Assembly: GCF_001194135.2 (NCBI RefSeq)
Contig: NC_068989.1
Coordinates: forward strand, 61,375,295 to 61,439,294
DNA: 64,000 bases
Source of the DNA: Octopus bimaculoides
Lineage: Eukaryota
Direction: 5' to 3'
The position numbers and the translations under genes were made by a program. Within the stretch, counting starts at the first letter, position 1. Each line of letters begins with the position of its first letter. Positions 27,751 through 41,039 of this stretch are shown here, in pieces. The notes beneath the pieces are model-generated. The model ran no database searches, had not been told where the DNA came from, and saw nothing but the letters and a program-made list of their open reading frames with translations.

Positions 27751-29152
27751 GTTTACTTTACTACATGCTTTCCTTTTCAATTTTATAAATACATGGAGAA
27801 TTATGTCTTAATTGCAAAGATGATAGAATAATAGAATTACATTGAAGTATTACAGTACATGTAGCAAACATGTAAATATCTACGTTATGTGTATTACCAA
27901 AAGCGCAATCATATTCAGCTCTGCAATTTCCTAAATATATATTCTGTTTAGGAATATATATATAAATGTATACTTCTAAATATGTATCATTGTCTGTTAT
28001 ACCACACTAAGCCGAATATACATACCCGAGGGAAACTTATATTAAGAAAATGTATGTGTTGATTTCACTGCTGATTCGGAAGAGAAGCTGTAACACCAAC
28101 TGCATTGTTTTTACTTTTTAAAACTCATCTTAAATTTGAAAGCTAATTTTATTAATTCTATTTTACCTGTTTGTTTTATTTAGATTTTTAATACTTCAAG
28201 ACGGGATTTTTGTCATCTGATAGCAAGAATAGTGTGATTTAATCTAAAAATGTTCAACTTCTTTATTATATACGTGAGACTCGCCAGCAGACTATTTGTA
28301 TGCGACTTAACACTTCCAGTGTAGTAGACATAATTAATAGACAAATTGAATAACCTCTGCTTAACAGGAAAATATAAAAATAGAAACACTAATCGGAAAG
28401 TAATACAGCGCAATACAGCTGCAGGAGATTAAACATAAACTGGAAAAAAGTTGTAGTGAGAGTGAGTAATGTAAACACAGTGCAGACAACTTCATGCCTG
28501 ACACTATCAAGGGATAGCAATATAGATGATCGGTTGGTGGCAAAACAAATCGCTGAATGCAATGAGTTAGAACACATTAGAAAAGAAATTCAACAAATAT
28601 TTAAAGAGTAAGTTATACAAATTCAAAACAATGGAAAATATCCTAAGTATAAAAACAGCGTTATTCACACAAATGAACACTGTATAGAAATAATTGCGAA
28701 ATTAATATCATATAGATGTAATGGCTTAAAACAAAATGTACTCCATTTAATGTTTAACAACCAGGTTTTCTAGGAATAATAGAGAATGCTTGAAAAACTA
28801 AAAATGCATTTGAAAAATAGTTTTAAAAGGTGATAATTACTAAGAAAACCTATATAGGTAAAAGATGTAAGAGTTTAATTAGAGAGAAATATACCACCCA
28901 GAATGAAATTAGGGGTGAATAACTCACTTTCCTGTAGGGAAGTGACGTATGAAGTGAAAAACGCGAGGCCAGCATGATTTAAGATAAAAGAAATATTAAT
29001 TACACGGGATGCTACCTCCGATGAAGTGAATGTTCTATCAGAAAAAGATTACCGCGGAAGTTACCATACAATAAACTCTTGTGTTGGCTTTTTGGTGAAG
29101 CGATATATAGATTGATAGTGCAAGAACAGTTAAAGAGCAAACTAGCTACTCG

Positions 29153-29488
29153 CAACACGGGCGCCTATTCTGGCACTGCTAATCCCTGGCAGGGGGATAA
29201 ATCGCTGGTGTCTCTAGTGGTTGAATGTCCGTCGTTGATAAGACCAAACAAGGTCGAAATCACGTGGTCTGGTGGACACTTTGCTGGAGGTAGCGAGAAT
29301 TTATCTCCCTGCTAGCGACATGAACAACAGTGCATTTTGCAATAAAAAGTCAATACAAGAGCTCTTCTCAAGGGTTAATTCGCAATAAATTCCCCCCTAA
29401 TAAAACATTCACGTTTAAGTGTGGGTAACTATTACCTGTTTGTATTAATACTGTGTCGGCTTATATATATATATGCGTGTGCGTGTGT

Positions 29489-29526
<38 letters not shown>

Positions 29527-29721
29527 GCGGGCGGGCGTGTGGATGTGGGTGTGTGTGGGTGGGTGTTTAACAAGCTAACTGGATAATCGTGACACCTGTG
29601 CATATACTGATACTGTGAATCTACATAATGCTGGTGGGAGGATGAACCACTGCTGTCTCTAGTAGTCGAGTGTCCATCATTGACAAGACCATTCAAGGTC
29701 GATATCACGTGATTTGGTGGT
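29153..29721 (+). other. Two diverged direct copies of a coding-like motif (29153-29276 and 29591-29721), probably retroelement ORF1 remnants
   Basis: VSLVVECPSLIRPNKVEITWSGG vs LSLVVECPSLTRPFKVDIT*FGG, separated by a (TG)n tract. The duplication is certain; the ORF1 origin is inferred. Confidence 0.6.
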
Positions 29722-30382
29722 GTCAGGTAAGGTACGTATAATACAGTTGTAGATTTGGAGGCAATAAAGAGTTTTCATCAGTCCTAACTCAGAGCAACAC
29801 ATGAATAACCCCGCTGATACTTGAACTCTAACATAAAACCAAGCCAAAAGTGAACGACGCCACGGCTCGCTGTACGATAACAATCGTTTTCTTCGTCCCA
29901 ATTGCTATAAAACCATAATACATACTTATAGCAAACAATTTCTGAACCCATATTCTCACCCTTTTGAATAAAATGTGCATACCATTTCACAGAATCTTTT
30001 CAATTTGGAACAGAGTTCCTTTCATGTAACAGAAGTGATTGGTTCGAATTGAACTTTTGAGTATGGAGGAAAGACATTCTGGCACTTTAGCAATGCATGA
30101 GAACGTTACTTTTCTTTTCTCTCGCAACAAATTGCTAGCTTCTGTGAAAGAAATACAAGTTTAAGGATATAATTCTGCAATGCATTTGCTCATTTCGTAA
30201 ACCTAGTCGATTTTATTTCAAGGTAGGCTTCTCAATATTCGATTATAAATTGCATTCGAAATGCTATCTTTTGAAGATGTTTAAATGTCAGTTTAAGTTT
30301 ACTGAAGTTACATGCGTTGTCTACTGTTTTCCATCGTAATGTTCATTTCTTTTCAATTTTTACAATCAGAAAATATCTAATT

Positions 30383-30620
30383 TATGAGGATCGGCTGAAA
30401 AGTTCATAGACTGAGCAAGATACTCCCAGGGAATGTGATCAAATAACGTTCTTTCGTCAACATAGTCACCCTTGCGGTTCACACAATTCTTTCATCAATG
30501 TTGCAGCGCTGGGATCACTTGGTGAGGAACTGTTGGTTAAAAGAAACACGATCAATATCAGATATGATGCCAACATCATCTCGATACTGGTTCCCAGCCG
30601 AAAGATATTTCATAATGGGA
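30383..30620. mobile_element. Mariner-type terminal fragment
   Basis: Begins ta-tgaggatcggctgaaaagttcatagactga, a TIR of the same type as the MITE at 9292. Confidence 0.55.
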
Positions 30621-30769
30621 AACGCATATAAAGATTTGAAATAAGAATGTTAAGAGCCAGGAAAATGCTGCGAGTAATTTTCCCCGATAAACTAACGACT
30701 CTACTTGTCTATAATAATGCAAGAGGAAAGGCAGAAAGAAAGAAGAAAAAAACAGAACGTGTAAGAGGG

Positions 30770-30789
30770 TGAGAGAGAGAGAGGGAGAT

Positions 30790-30840
<51 letters not shown>

Positions 30841-30850
30841 GAGAGAGATA
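30770..30850. repeat. (GA)n microsatellite
   Basis: Directly visible. Confidence 0.95.
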
Positions 30851-31278
30851 GAGTTAGATAGAAATAGAGTGGGAGATCATTAGTCCCGGCTCGAGACGAA
30901 ACCCATTACTATCTCATTGAAAAATGTATTAGAAACATAGACATAGATCTGGCTCACGTTATCGATTGGCCTTGTGACAATGTCATCAACTCTTCAGTTT
31001 CTTAAGAAATAATATGACTTACAGGGTGTTCATTACGCAGTCTTATCATCGTTGATATAACAGTTACATGAAAGACTGTTACCTGCTTAACTAGCCAGAA
31101 GGAGTTAAGATGGAACGTGTTCAGAATACTTTAAAAAATCTTCTTATCCTAGACTATGCCAAACCCAAGGCCTTATTCTTTGTAAGTGATGTGGTGTTGG
31201 GTCAAGTGATGTGGTGTTGGGTGGAGTACAAACACTGACACACAAACATACACACACACACATATATATACATATACA

Positions 31279-31441
31279 CGACGGGCTTCTTTCAGTTTTC
31301 GTCTACCAAATCCACTCACCAGGCTTTGGTCAGCCCGAGGCTATAGTAGAAGACACTTGTCCAAGGTACCACGCAGGGGGACTGAACCGTGAACCATTTA
31401 ATTCGTAAGCAGGCCACTTACCACACTGCCACTCCAACACC
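31279..31441 (-). mobile_element. tRNA-derived CORE-SINE
   Basis: Reverse complement: ggtgttggagtggcagtgtggtaagtggcctgct...ggttcagtccccctgcgtggtaccttggacaagtgtcttctactatagcctcgggc (A-box, B-box, CORE). Confidence 0.85.
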
Positions 31442-31459
31442 TATATATATATATATATA

Positions 31460-31760
31460 TATAGTTGAAATTTATAGAAAAACAAAAAACGAAGACAGAT
31501 GTATGAACAACAAGAAGGTGTATTAGTTTGACGCTCGGGAAGGTGAGAAAGTATTTTACGATTCGAGCCTACACTCTTCAACAGAAAATAACACGATGAA
31601 GTAAACAAAGATATTAAACAAACTTTTGGAGTTGCCGGTCAATCATGGCGACTGATTGGACAAAGGTAATTTGACAAGAGAGCTAGGAAGAAGGGGAGAT
31701 TGCAAAACGAGGTTGCGCATACGAATGTCTATGTAGGATTGTGTGTGCACGTGTGGACAG
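31460..31760 (-). mobile_element. Probable terminal-repeat fragment of a second Penelope-like family, with a hammerhead-like motif
   Basis: Minus strand 31590-31552 reads TATTTT CTGTTGA A GAGT gtag GCTC GAATC GTA AAATA (hammerhead topology with core deviations). Followed on the plus strand by a GT-rich tract. Family assignment is inference. Confidence 0.4.
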
Positions 31761-32037
31761 GAGCTGGTGACTTTGACGTGTGGATGTGTGCGTGAGTAAG
31801 TGCGTGCGTCTGTAGTGCGGGTGTGTGGATGTGTGCGTGAGTAAGTGTGTGTGTCTGTAGTGTGGGTGTGTGGATGATGGTGTGCGTGCTAGGAAGCTGG
31901 AGGGTGGTGGGGTGTGGGTTTGGTTTGAGGAGGTGGTGATGAAGATGTAGGGGTGTGGTATGTGTGAGTGGGATGTGTGGGGGTGGGATGTGGATGGATT
32001 AGAGTATCAATGAGGGGAGAAGGTGGGAGTAGAGTGT

Positions 32038-32400
32038 CCAATTGATCTGCTACAAAAGTTGATTGTAAGCATGGAATCACGTGTTTTCGGAGCAAATCAG
32101 AAATGTTTTTGTCAAACACGCTTTTGTTGATGCATTGCATGAGAACATAGTTGAAATATACCACATTTTCTCTGTTTCGCATCACTTTTGCTACCTTATT
32201 CAACTTGGCGTTATAGTTTCCAACAGGGCATTTATGGTTCTGTATATTTTTCTGTATTATCAAATTTATTTTTGGATTTCAATAAATTTGAATATTGCAA
32301 TGCCTTCTATTTCATTTCCTATCAAGAGGTGAGTCTCATGAATTTGGGTAGTATAATTTGCCAGGAGAAAAAAAGACACTGCACTGGCTCTACAGTTTTG
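32038..32400 (+). mobile_element. Tc1-like transposase C-terminal fragment and 3' end
   Basis: PIDLLQKLIVSMESRVFGANQK from 32038 resembles the Tc1 C-terminal LxxLVxSMPxRV motif. Confidence 0.55.
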
Positions 32401-32530
32401 AAGAACAATTTACACACACACATACACAAATATATATTTATATACATATAAATATATATATATATCTGTGTGTGTGCGTGTATGTGTGTCTGTTTATGCG
32501 TGCGCATGTGATTGTATATATGCGTATACA

Positions 32531-32571
<41 letters not shown>

Positions 32572-35500
32572 CTTCATCATATTGATGTAGAAAGCAAACT
32601 ACAGTTAGTATGATCTTGTAAGTTAACTTCCAAGCACATTGCTTCTCATTCTATGGATGCAACCATGCCGTGGCAGAACTACATAGATAATAATTACTCT
32701 ATTTAGATTTAAAACCATTATATGTCAATCAATACTTCGTTTCCTGAACTTTGGTGGAACTCTAGAATGATAATAGCTTTTAAAAATACCAAGAATATTT
32801 TTTCTCAAATGTCATGCTTGTGTCTCGCAAATAACGCATGTGAAAAGCTAATCCTTCATGCATAGTTGAGAGGCAAATAAGAGTAAGATTATCACTACTG
32901 TATTATCCTTACACGAAAGGTTGCATTATGAACATTTCACTGGGCATGAAAACACTGATCCTTATCCTCATAAAACACAAAGAATGCAAAATAACCAGTA
33001 GTCATTGGTACACAGTCTTAGCAGAAGACATGGTATGGTCATGTCTGGAAAGCTAGTCTTCTGGATACTCAGTGAAATAATGGATCTGCCACCATCTGAG
33101 AGATGTCATCACGGCGAAAACAAGGACAACGTGAAAACAGTAATGATTAATTTGCCCATATACAGACGTATAATGCAAGCACTAACACGTTTACCTGTGT
33201 GTTTTAAAAACTAATTTTCTCTACATTACGTGGTACAAGTGAAATAAGAAGATGCCGTATGCGCTCTAGTCTTAAACTATATATAGCATGACGCATGCAA
33301 GTTAATCACTCTTTATGTTGCTAAATATCTTTATAAACAATGACAGACGTAGTATTTGAAGGTGGATGTGAATAGAACGTCTATATTTAAGATAGCTTGT
33401 TTAACTCCTATCACAATTCTTCAACGGTCAATTAAACAGCGATATATGAGCAAACAAAAACAAAAAGTTTGTCAATTCCAACATTACAAGTAGCCTGTAT
33501 TACATATCGATACTGAAACTAGTGTAAATAACATGAGTCAGCATGTGTAGTATATGTTCTGGTTGCAGAGATGATACTACAATTGTCTGATTATGTTAAA
33601 TGTCATTAGGAAATATCGATGTTTGAAATAATAATGTAAAATTGTGATTCTTTTATTTGATTACATATATTTTGTGCAATAAAGAGCAAACGTTATTCAC
33701 TTTGAAGATATTTAGTATAATTGGTAATAGTCCATTGATGACGGAATGCTGTGTTTACTAGTTCACATAAAAAAGCAGAGATGAAACAATTATAGATGGT
33801 TGTGTAATTCGATACCAATTCATAAATTCATGATTAATTTATATAACGAAGATGAAAATAAATTATATTGCACAGTGATGAAAGCCCTCGGGTTTTACAG
33901 ACGCAATATTCTTTAATTTATCTTAACAATTATTCAAAATAGAATATGAATTATATGTGACTGATTGAATCAATTCTACTCCCTGCTAAAACAATGTGAT
34001 TCATTGATGTAATGCAATCACTAATAGTACCCAACCTGGGGTGGGTGGGGTGTAAGCAACCTTTCATTTCTGGGGACCGATATAAAGAACCTATATATAT
34101 ATTACATATACAGTATACATCATTTCTTCAGATTTGCATTTTAACCCGAAGGTTTGCCTCATTAATCCAGTTACACTCAGTGTATAGTTTCTGTACCTAT
34201 ATGCCCAAAAAAGAAGAAGAAAAGAACAAACAAACAAAAAGAAGGCCTCAGTTTTACATTTCACATAAACTATTACTAATATTTCGGTTGCGATTTGTCA
34301 CACTTGAATATAGGCATTTTACAAAGTGATTCGAAATAAACGATACTTGTTGTATTCCTCCAAACGTTTTCAGTAGGTGTAAATCTGGCTTGTGTGTTGG
34401 AAATCACTTTTATTTGACGAAAGCCAATGCCGTTTACCTGTATTGTTTGTATAGATTATCCATTTCTTATCACATGTTTCAACTCGATTAAGGAAAGTTA
34501 TTTGTTCATTCCTAATTAGCAAATTGTTGAGTTCTCTGCTTTATACTCGGGAGATAGCACATGAGATATACACTTATTATTCCAATCTATCTGGGCTGAT
34601 CTTACACAGTGGGTAAAGATTTATTTAATCAGCAGAAAGGTCCCGGATAGTTCGATGCGAATCCCCTTCAATTACTGTTTACTTTTTACTTCGCCAAACA
34701 GTTTGCTTGGAAATAGAACATTACTTTTCGGTATCACGGTTATTATCTGAACACATGACATGAGATAACTTGAGTATAATTATTTTAATATCACCTTCGG
34801 CCGAGAATGGGTAGTCGGGGCCTCTACAGATGCCCACATGTGGATTCTACTTGTTGCTACAAATACAAATTTGATGTGAGTTACGTTAATTTTACGCCTC
34901 TATATAGAACGCTCAGTTACGTATCTGCTAATTTTATGAACAGATAATTGTCTAGATCGATCATCATTTAAACGTACTGTAATGAGTCTAGTAGTTACAT
35001 GCATACTTACGTATGTACACACGCACAAGTGCTTATAAATACACACACGTACACACACACGTGTGTGACAGTGTCTGCAATTTATTAGTTTATCTGACGA
35101 AACATATTTCCAGTATATAGGCAGACCCTTTAATACAAAAAATTATCGCATATGATTTTTCATTTTAATAATCTCTAAATTGACAAATGGAGGCAAAATC
35201 GTTTGTGATTAAATAACGAAGCTTAAATATACACCACATAATATGGAAATTATTTCTTGGTTTATGGATTGATATGAAGGCATACGTATAATTGGAAATA
35301 TAATCAATGTTTTCATTTCTCTTTGTGTCAAATACTGAACTGAAATTCAATATTTCTCATTCTATTCTTTATGCGTAATGATAGCAATGTTTTAATAAAC
35401 AGGAAACATTGTCTACAGTGATAAAAATATGGCTGTATAAAGATGAATTGATAGAGGTTATTTTGTTTATTGAATACATTTAAGCATTTTGTTTGTCTAT

Positions 35501-36499
35501 AAAACCCTGTGCATCAATATAATATCAATAAAAGTACTTGTATATCAATATATATTTGCTGTATTACCTGTTAAATGATTACAGTGTGTAGAGCAGGTGT
35601 ATACTGGATTATGATGACGGTAATAAAACATAAAGTATCTTGGTTACCTGAACTTGTTACACAAGGTGTATACTTAATCTTAACCGTGGTAATAAACTAT
35701 GAGTATCGTATTCGACTTAACTTGTTACATCACGTGAAATGTCAGATTGCCTTCCTGCTGTAGAAAGTTTAAAGATACTTGCGCTATCATAGATTTTCTA
35801 AAAGAAATGAAAGAAATATAACACAAGAATTTATTTATCTCTTAACGTACAAATTCAAAGGTTTCGTTTTTCAGTTATGTGCATAAACCTAATCAAGAAA
35901 TGAAACGTCGTTATGGTTTTCGCTATGTCAGGGAAAATGTGCAGTGTATGCGACTATTATTTGATCTAAGTATAAACTTAATGAGGAGTAACAAAAATCA
36001 AGCAATGACACACGATGTTTCTGTGACAAGATCGTCATAAGTTATAAATGTGTTAGCGATAAAGATAGTGACCTTAGAGATCTCACAAAGTATCGCTGTT
36101 TCCCTGCAGGGAATGAGTTTGTCGTTTTATTACTGATTCTAAACTGTATTAAAGGCAATGGGAGAGATACTTATCAAGTGTCAGACTATGAAATTTGAAT
36201 CCGAATACGATATAGATAATTGTGCAACGCTTAATGAATTATCCATATAATTCTTTTATTAGCAATGATGCTAATGCGGATTCTATACATTAAGTGTGAT
36301 ATTTATAAAGTTATATTGTCGTAGGTAATAAAATAAAGGAAAAGATCTCCCTGGGTTACTGTAATTCTAATTTTTTAACAATTCAAAGAATAAACACATT
36401 TTCATTTCTTTGATAGCTATGAATACATGAACATTTAGCATAAGATGTGCGTCTGTCGTTTACTGGAAAACAATTATAGATTTCGACAAAGCTCTTACC

Positions 36500-37380
36500 C
36501 ATCAATGTATCTTCTGGATTAAAATCAGAAGCACAAGTGTTTATCATAGCTGCCCATGACCATTACCTACCTACAAGAAACTACCAGGCCAACATATTAA
36601 AGAACAGCACTAGCCCAACGTGTCAGGTTTGTAAACAACAAGATGAAACCATCGATCATGTCTTCCTGTGCAGTCTTCCTGGGCCTACAGAGTATTTGAA
36701 CAAGCATGATATAGTAGCACAATATATTCACTGGGCAATTTGCAGTGACCTATCTCATGATAAAAACTGGTGGGTACACAAACCACTCCAGTGTTTGGAA
36801 ATCATCACATCTCACTCCTCTAGAACTTCACCGTTCAAACTGACAGACAGATAGATGCGAATAGGCTACACATTATATTGAAAGACTTCCGACAAATATG
36901 CTTCCTCACTGATATGACTATCCCAATCGACATAAATGTATCTGTCAAGACCTACCAAAAACTGAGAAAGTATAAAGTTCTTGAAATAGAAATTGGCAAA
37001 ATGTGGAACCTGGAGACTAAAACAATACCTGTTGTCTTAGGTGTCCTAGGAATGATAGCAAAGGAGCTGATTTCCAACTAGCTCAGATACCAGGAAATCC
37101 CAAAATGGCAGAAATTCAAAAGTTAATACTCATGGGAACTGCTATTATCCTACGTAATATATTGTCTATGTATTCTCAAATTTTAAAGCAAACTTATAAT
37201 TTTCTTATGTTTTCTTAAACATTCTCTAGATCAATACTATGTGCAAAAATAAACATATGACACCGTAGGCATAACACCAGGTTGAACCTCTAACTTGTCT
37301 CTTCAGGTTTCTGGGTGAGATTTGTAGTCAACTTGTACAAATACAAAGGATAAGTCAAACATATAGTAATAATAATAATT
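36500..37380 (+). mobile_element. R4/Dong-clade LINE 3' part (CCHC zinc motif plus restriction-like endonuclease) and 3' UTR
   Basis: FIIAAHDHYLPTRNYQANILK..CQVCKQQDETIDHV...HDIVAQYIHW (ORF 36537-36854) and CFLTDMTIPIDINV..K..QKLRKYKVLEIEIGKMWNLETKTIPVVLGVLG (ORF 36878-37081). Ends in (TAA)n near 37370. Confidence 0.9.
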
Positions 37381-37714
37381 TTAACTCTATATCTTCAGGA
37401 GGAGTTACCTCAATCCTTTCTATATTGATCAAAATGAAGTAGATTGACACATTTATTTTTTGAACCAATTGAAGAAACGCGAGATGTCGAAATATTGTTC
37501 ACAAGATAACAAATGGCACTCTTCTTTTAATTTTGATTTTGATTTAATAACAATAATAATAATAATTTATAACAGAGACTCCAGCAAATAAGATCTGAAG
37601 AAGGAATTCTAATTCCGAAATATCATCGGACTACAGTTTACTAAGTTACAACAGGTATACAGTCCATTTTTTGTTCTATATTGCATTGTTATACCTTCCT
37701 AAACTTTTTATTCT

Positions 37715-37717
<3 letters not shown>

Positions 37718-37755
<38 letters not shown>
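37718..37755. repeat. (AAT)n microsatellite
   Basis: Directly visible; abuts the Dong fragment at 37775. Confidence 0.95.
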
Positions 37756-37757
<2 letters not shown>

Positions 37758-37774
37758 TAAAAAAAAATAAAGAA

Positions 37775-38060
37775 AGAGTACTATAGACGAGTTAGATCAA
37801 TACTAAAAACAGAGCTCAATGCTAAAAACAAGATAATGGGTATCAACACTTTAGCTGTCCCAGTTATAAGCTACAGTTACAACATCCTTAACTGGACACT
37901 AAACGAACTATATAAAATAGACAGGAAAACAAAAAAAATAATGACAAGATATAGGATGCACCACCCAAAATCTGACATAGAAAGGCTATATATACAACGC
38001 ACAGAAGGTGGCAGGGGTCTTATACAGCTAGAAAACTATTATAAAATAACTTTTACGTGT
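37775..38060 (+). mobile_element. R4/Dong-clade LINE fragment (region just after RT)
   Basis: YRRVRSILKTELNAKNKIMGINTLAVPVISYSYNILNWT..L.KIDRKTKKIMT..RMHHPKSDIERLYIQRTEGGRGLIQLE; the HPK..RLY..R..GGRGL motif is diagnostic. Confidence 0.9.
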
Positions 38061-38229
38061 ATGTGCTACTCTACTTGGAGAAAATTCTGACTTTGCCCCA
38101 CCTGCAAGATCACGCGATGTTTATCTTGATATGAGGTTACCATGTCGCACACATGTGGTTGTGATACCTGTGACTGGTGTACTCTTTTCAAATGGGAAAT
38201 CATGGTGTGGAAATTGGGTTTCGCATATC

Positions 38230-38623
38230 TGTACTCTGTAGAGGCGCAATGGCCCAGTGGTTTGGGCAGCAGACTCGCGGTCATCGGATCGCGGCTTCGA
38301 TTCCCAGATCGGTTGTTGTGAGTGTTTATTGAGCGAAAACACCTAAAGCTCCATGAAGCTCCGGCAGGGGATGGTGGCGAACCCTGCTGTACTCTTTCAC
38401 CACAATTTTCTCTCACTCTTACTTCCTGTTTCTGTTGTGCCTGTAATTCAAAGGGTCAGCCTTGTCATACTGTGTCACGCTGAATATCCCCGAGAACTAC
38501 GTTACGGGTACACGTGTCTGTGGAGTGCTCAGCCACTTGCACGTTAATTTCACGAGCAGGCTGTTCCGTTGATCGGATCAACTGGAACTCTCGACGTCGT
38601 AAGCGACGGAGTGCCAACAACAA
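38230..38623 (+). mobile_element. tRNA-derived SINE, near full length
   Basis: A-box tggcccagtgg, B-box ggcttcgattcc, ~390 bp body, 3' tail ...gacggagtgccaacaacaa. Confidence 0.85.
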
Positions 38624-39420
38624 TCTGTACTCCAGCATCACTTTCATCGCGTAAGCTGCCCTCTCACACAATGATGATTATGATGATGATGATGATTATG
38701 GTAATTATGACGACAACTACGACGATGCCAACGATGACAATGGCAATGAAGAGAAAGAAAAAAAAATATGATGATGATGATGATGATGATGATGATGCTG
38801 TTGAAGAAGTACTAGAAAATATTCAAATTACGAATCAAGTAATTTAACGATGCGACTTGTAATATTATGGAATCAGTTTTGATATCACTCATCTCAAATA
38901 AAAAGAGATGAAGACACTAAAAGATTAAATTTTTCATCGTTTTAAAAACACATTTCTTTACACTGTTAATTTAAGATATCAATAATGATGATTTTGCTGC
39001 TTTTTTTTTCTATATTACAAGAATCTACTCATTATTAACATACAGGGATAAATTAGTTCCTCATATATTTTGTTAAGCACAGTTAAACGTGCTAAGTGCA
39101 TGACACTATCAAACTCTAACTCCTGGTAATTATTTTCGATATTGCATTTTTATTTAAAATATTTGAGGAGCGAGTTAGTTGATGGTTATAAAAATTTTGC
39201 TGTATGACTTCATCGCTCACTAATGAGATGGAGAAACATGTCAATGACAGCTGCTGATGGAGTAGAAAGTCACTAGAATTGTAAACATTGATCACCGATA
39301 AACATCTTATAAGAAATTACTAAATATTTATTTTTTAATAAGAATTTGCTGATTTCCAGTAAATCTACACTTATCTAAAATGTAAGACAATAACCATTAA
39401 TACGTATTATGTTTATCATT

Positions 39421-40065
39421 TGAAGGCAGCGAGATAGCAGAATCGTTAGCATACCGGGCAATATGCTTAGCAGCATTTCATGCGTCTTTTCGTTCAGAGA
39501 TCAAATTCCACTTAGGTCGACTTTGCCTTTCACCCTCTTGGGGTTTGTGTAAAAACAGTACAAGCTGAATACAGGGGACGATGCAATCGACTTATCACCT
39601 ACTCGAAATTGCAGGTCTTGTGCCACAATTTGAAATTAATATATATTATGTTTATTATTTGAAGGGGGCAGAACCATTATCTCACCGGGCAAAATCCTTA
39701 CCGATATTCCATTCGTTTACATGTTTCGAGTCCAAATTCTTGGACGAAGTTGATCTTGCCTTTTAATTCTTTCGAGGTGGTTGAAATAAGTACAAATCAT
39801 GCACTGGAGTCGTTGTAATCGAATAGGTCCTTCCCCCGAAAATTCAGGTCTTGTGCCTATAGTAGAATGGATTATTTTATGCGGCGAGCTGGCACAATCC
39901 TCAGCACGAATGATTATCAGCATTTTGTCCGTCTTTGTGTTCTGAGTTCAAATTCCACCAAAGTGGAATTTACCTGCCATCCATTTCGGAGTTGAGCACT
40001 GGGGTCGATGTGATCGACATACCCCCTCTCCCAAAACTTGCTGGCCTTGTACAAAGCTATAAAAT
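39421..40065 (+). mobile_element. Three head-to-tail copies of a Nin-domain-type tRNA SINE (~39421-39640, ~39660-39870, ~39880-40065)
   Basis: Each carries variants of tcaaattcc..gaggtcgactttgcctttcatcc...ggggtcgatgtaatcgac and ends in gcaggtcttgtgcc-like sequence. Confidence 0.8.
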
Positions 40066-40423
40066 CAATGTACATTACTTTTATCATCACCTATAATAGT
40101 TGTATTGAAAGTGGATCAACATCAAATGTAATTGAGATTTCCTCAATAAAAATATCATATTTAGTATCTCAAAACACGAGGAAATTATGAAATATACTTA
40201 GTGGTATTGAAAATGCGCCGAAACTGCATTTGATCTTACTTTGTCTTTCATTCTTTTCGCGTTAATTCCTCTGAACTTTCATTACTAAATCAATAGTACA
40301 AAGAAACTCTCAACATTTTCATTTCCGCCTGTCTATCTTCTTTGTTCATTCTTTCTGGTCCTCTTTGTCCTTCTCTCATTTACACTGTCATTTAATATGC
40401 ACGTTTCTTTGTCACTCTGTCTG

Positions 40424-40424
40424 C

Positions 40425-40473
<49 letters not shown>
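40424..40473. repeat. (CT)n microsatellite
   Basis: Directly visible. Confidence 0.95.
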
Positions 40474-40476
<3 letters not shown>

Positions 40477-40748
40477 CTCACACTCTTTGTTTACTATCTG
40501 TTCTATTGAGCACTTACGCTTCTCTTTCTTTCCCGGTCACATTACTATACGCTACAACCACTACTGCCGGTCAGTCCCATAATTCTTTCTTTCCATTTGG
40601 TTATTTATTTTAAAAATTTTGGGTAAGATCGACACTCACTTTTCTCCTGCTAATATACCCTAGTCGCACCCTTTCTTTTTGCTGAATTGCTGCATTTTGA
40701 GTGTCGTTCCTATGTATCTTGTTGAAAAGTTAACGTTCATTTGTATAA

Positions 40749-40861
40749 NNNNNNNNNNNNNNNNNNNNNNNNNNNNNNNNNNNNNNNNNNNNNNNNNNNN
40801 NNNNNNNNNNNNNNNNNNNNNNNNNNNNNNNNNNNNNNNNNNNNNNNNNNNNNNNNNNNNN
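40749..40861. other. Assembly gap (N run) next to (TA)n
   Basis: 113 N. Confidence 0.99.
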
Positions 40862-41039
40862 ATATATATATATATATTTATATATATATGTATGTATGTA
40901 TGTGTGTATGTGTGTGTGTGTGTGTCTGTCTGTGTATTCTGCAGGAGTATTGTTACTTTCGGTAACTTTTCGTGCTATTTCTAAATTGTTTATCTTGTTT
41001 GACCATTACCTCAGTGATATTCCCTACATCACCAGCGCA

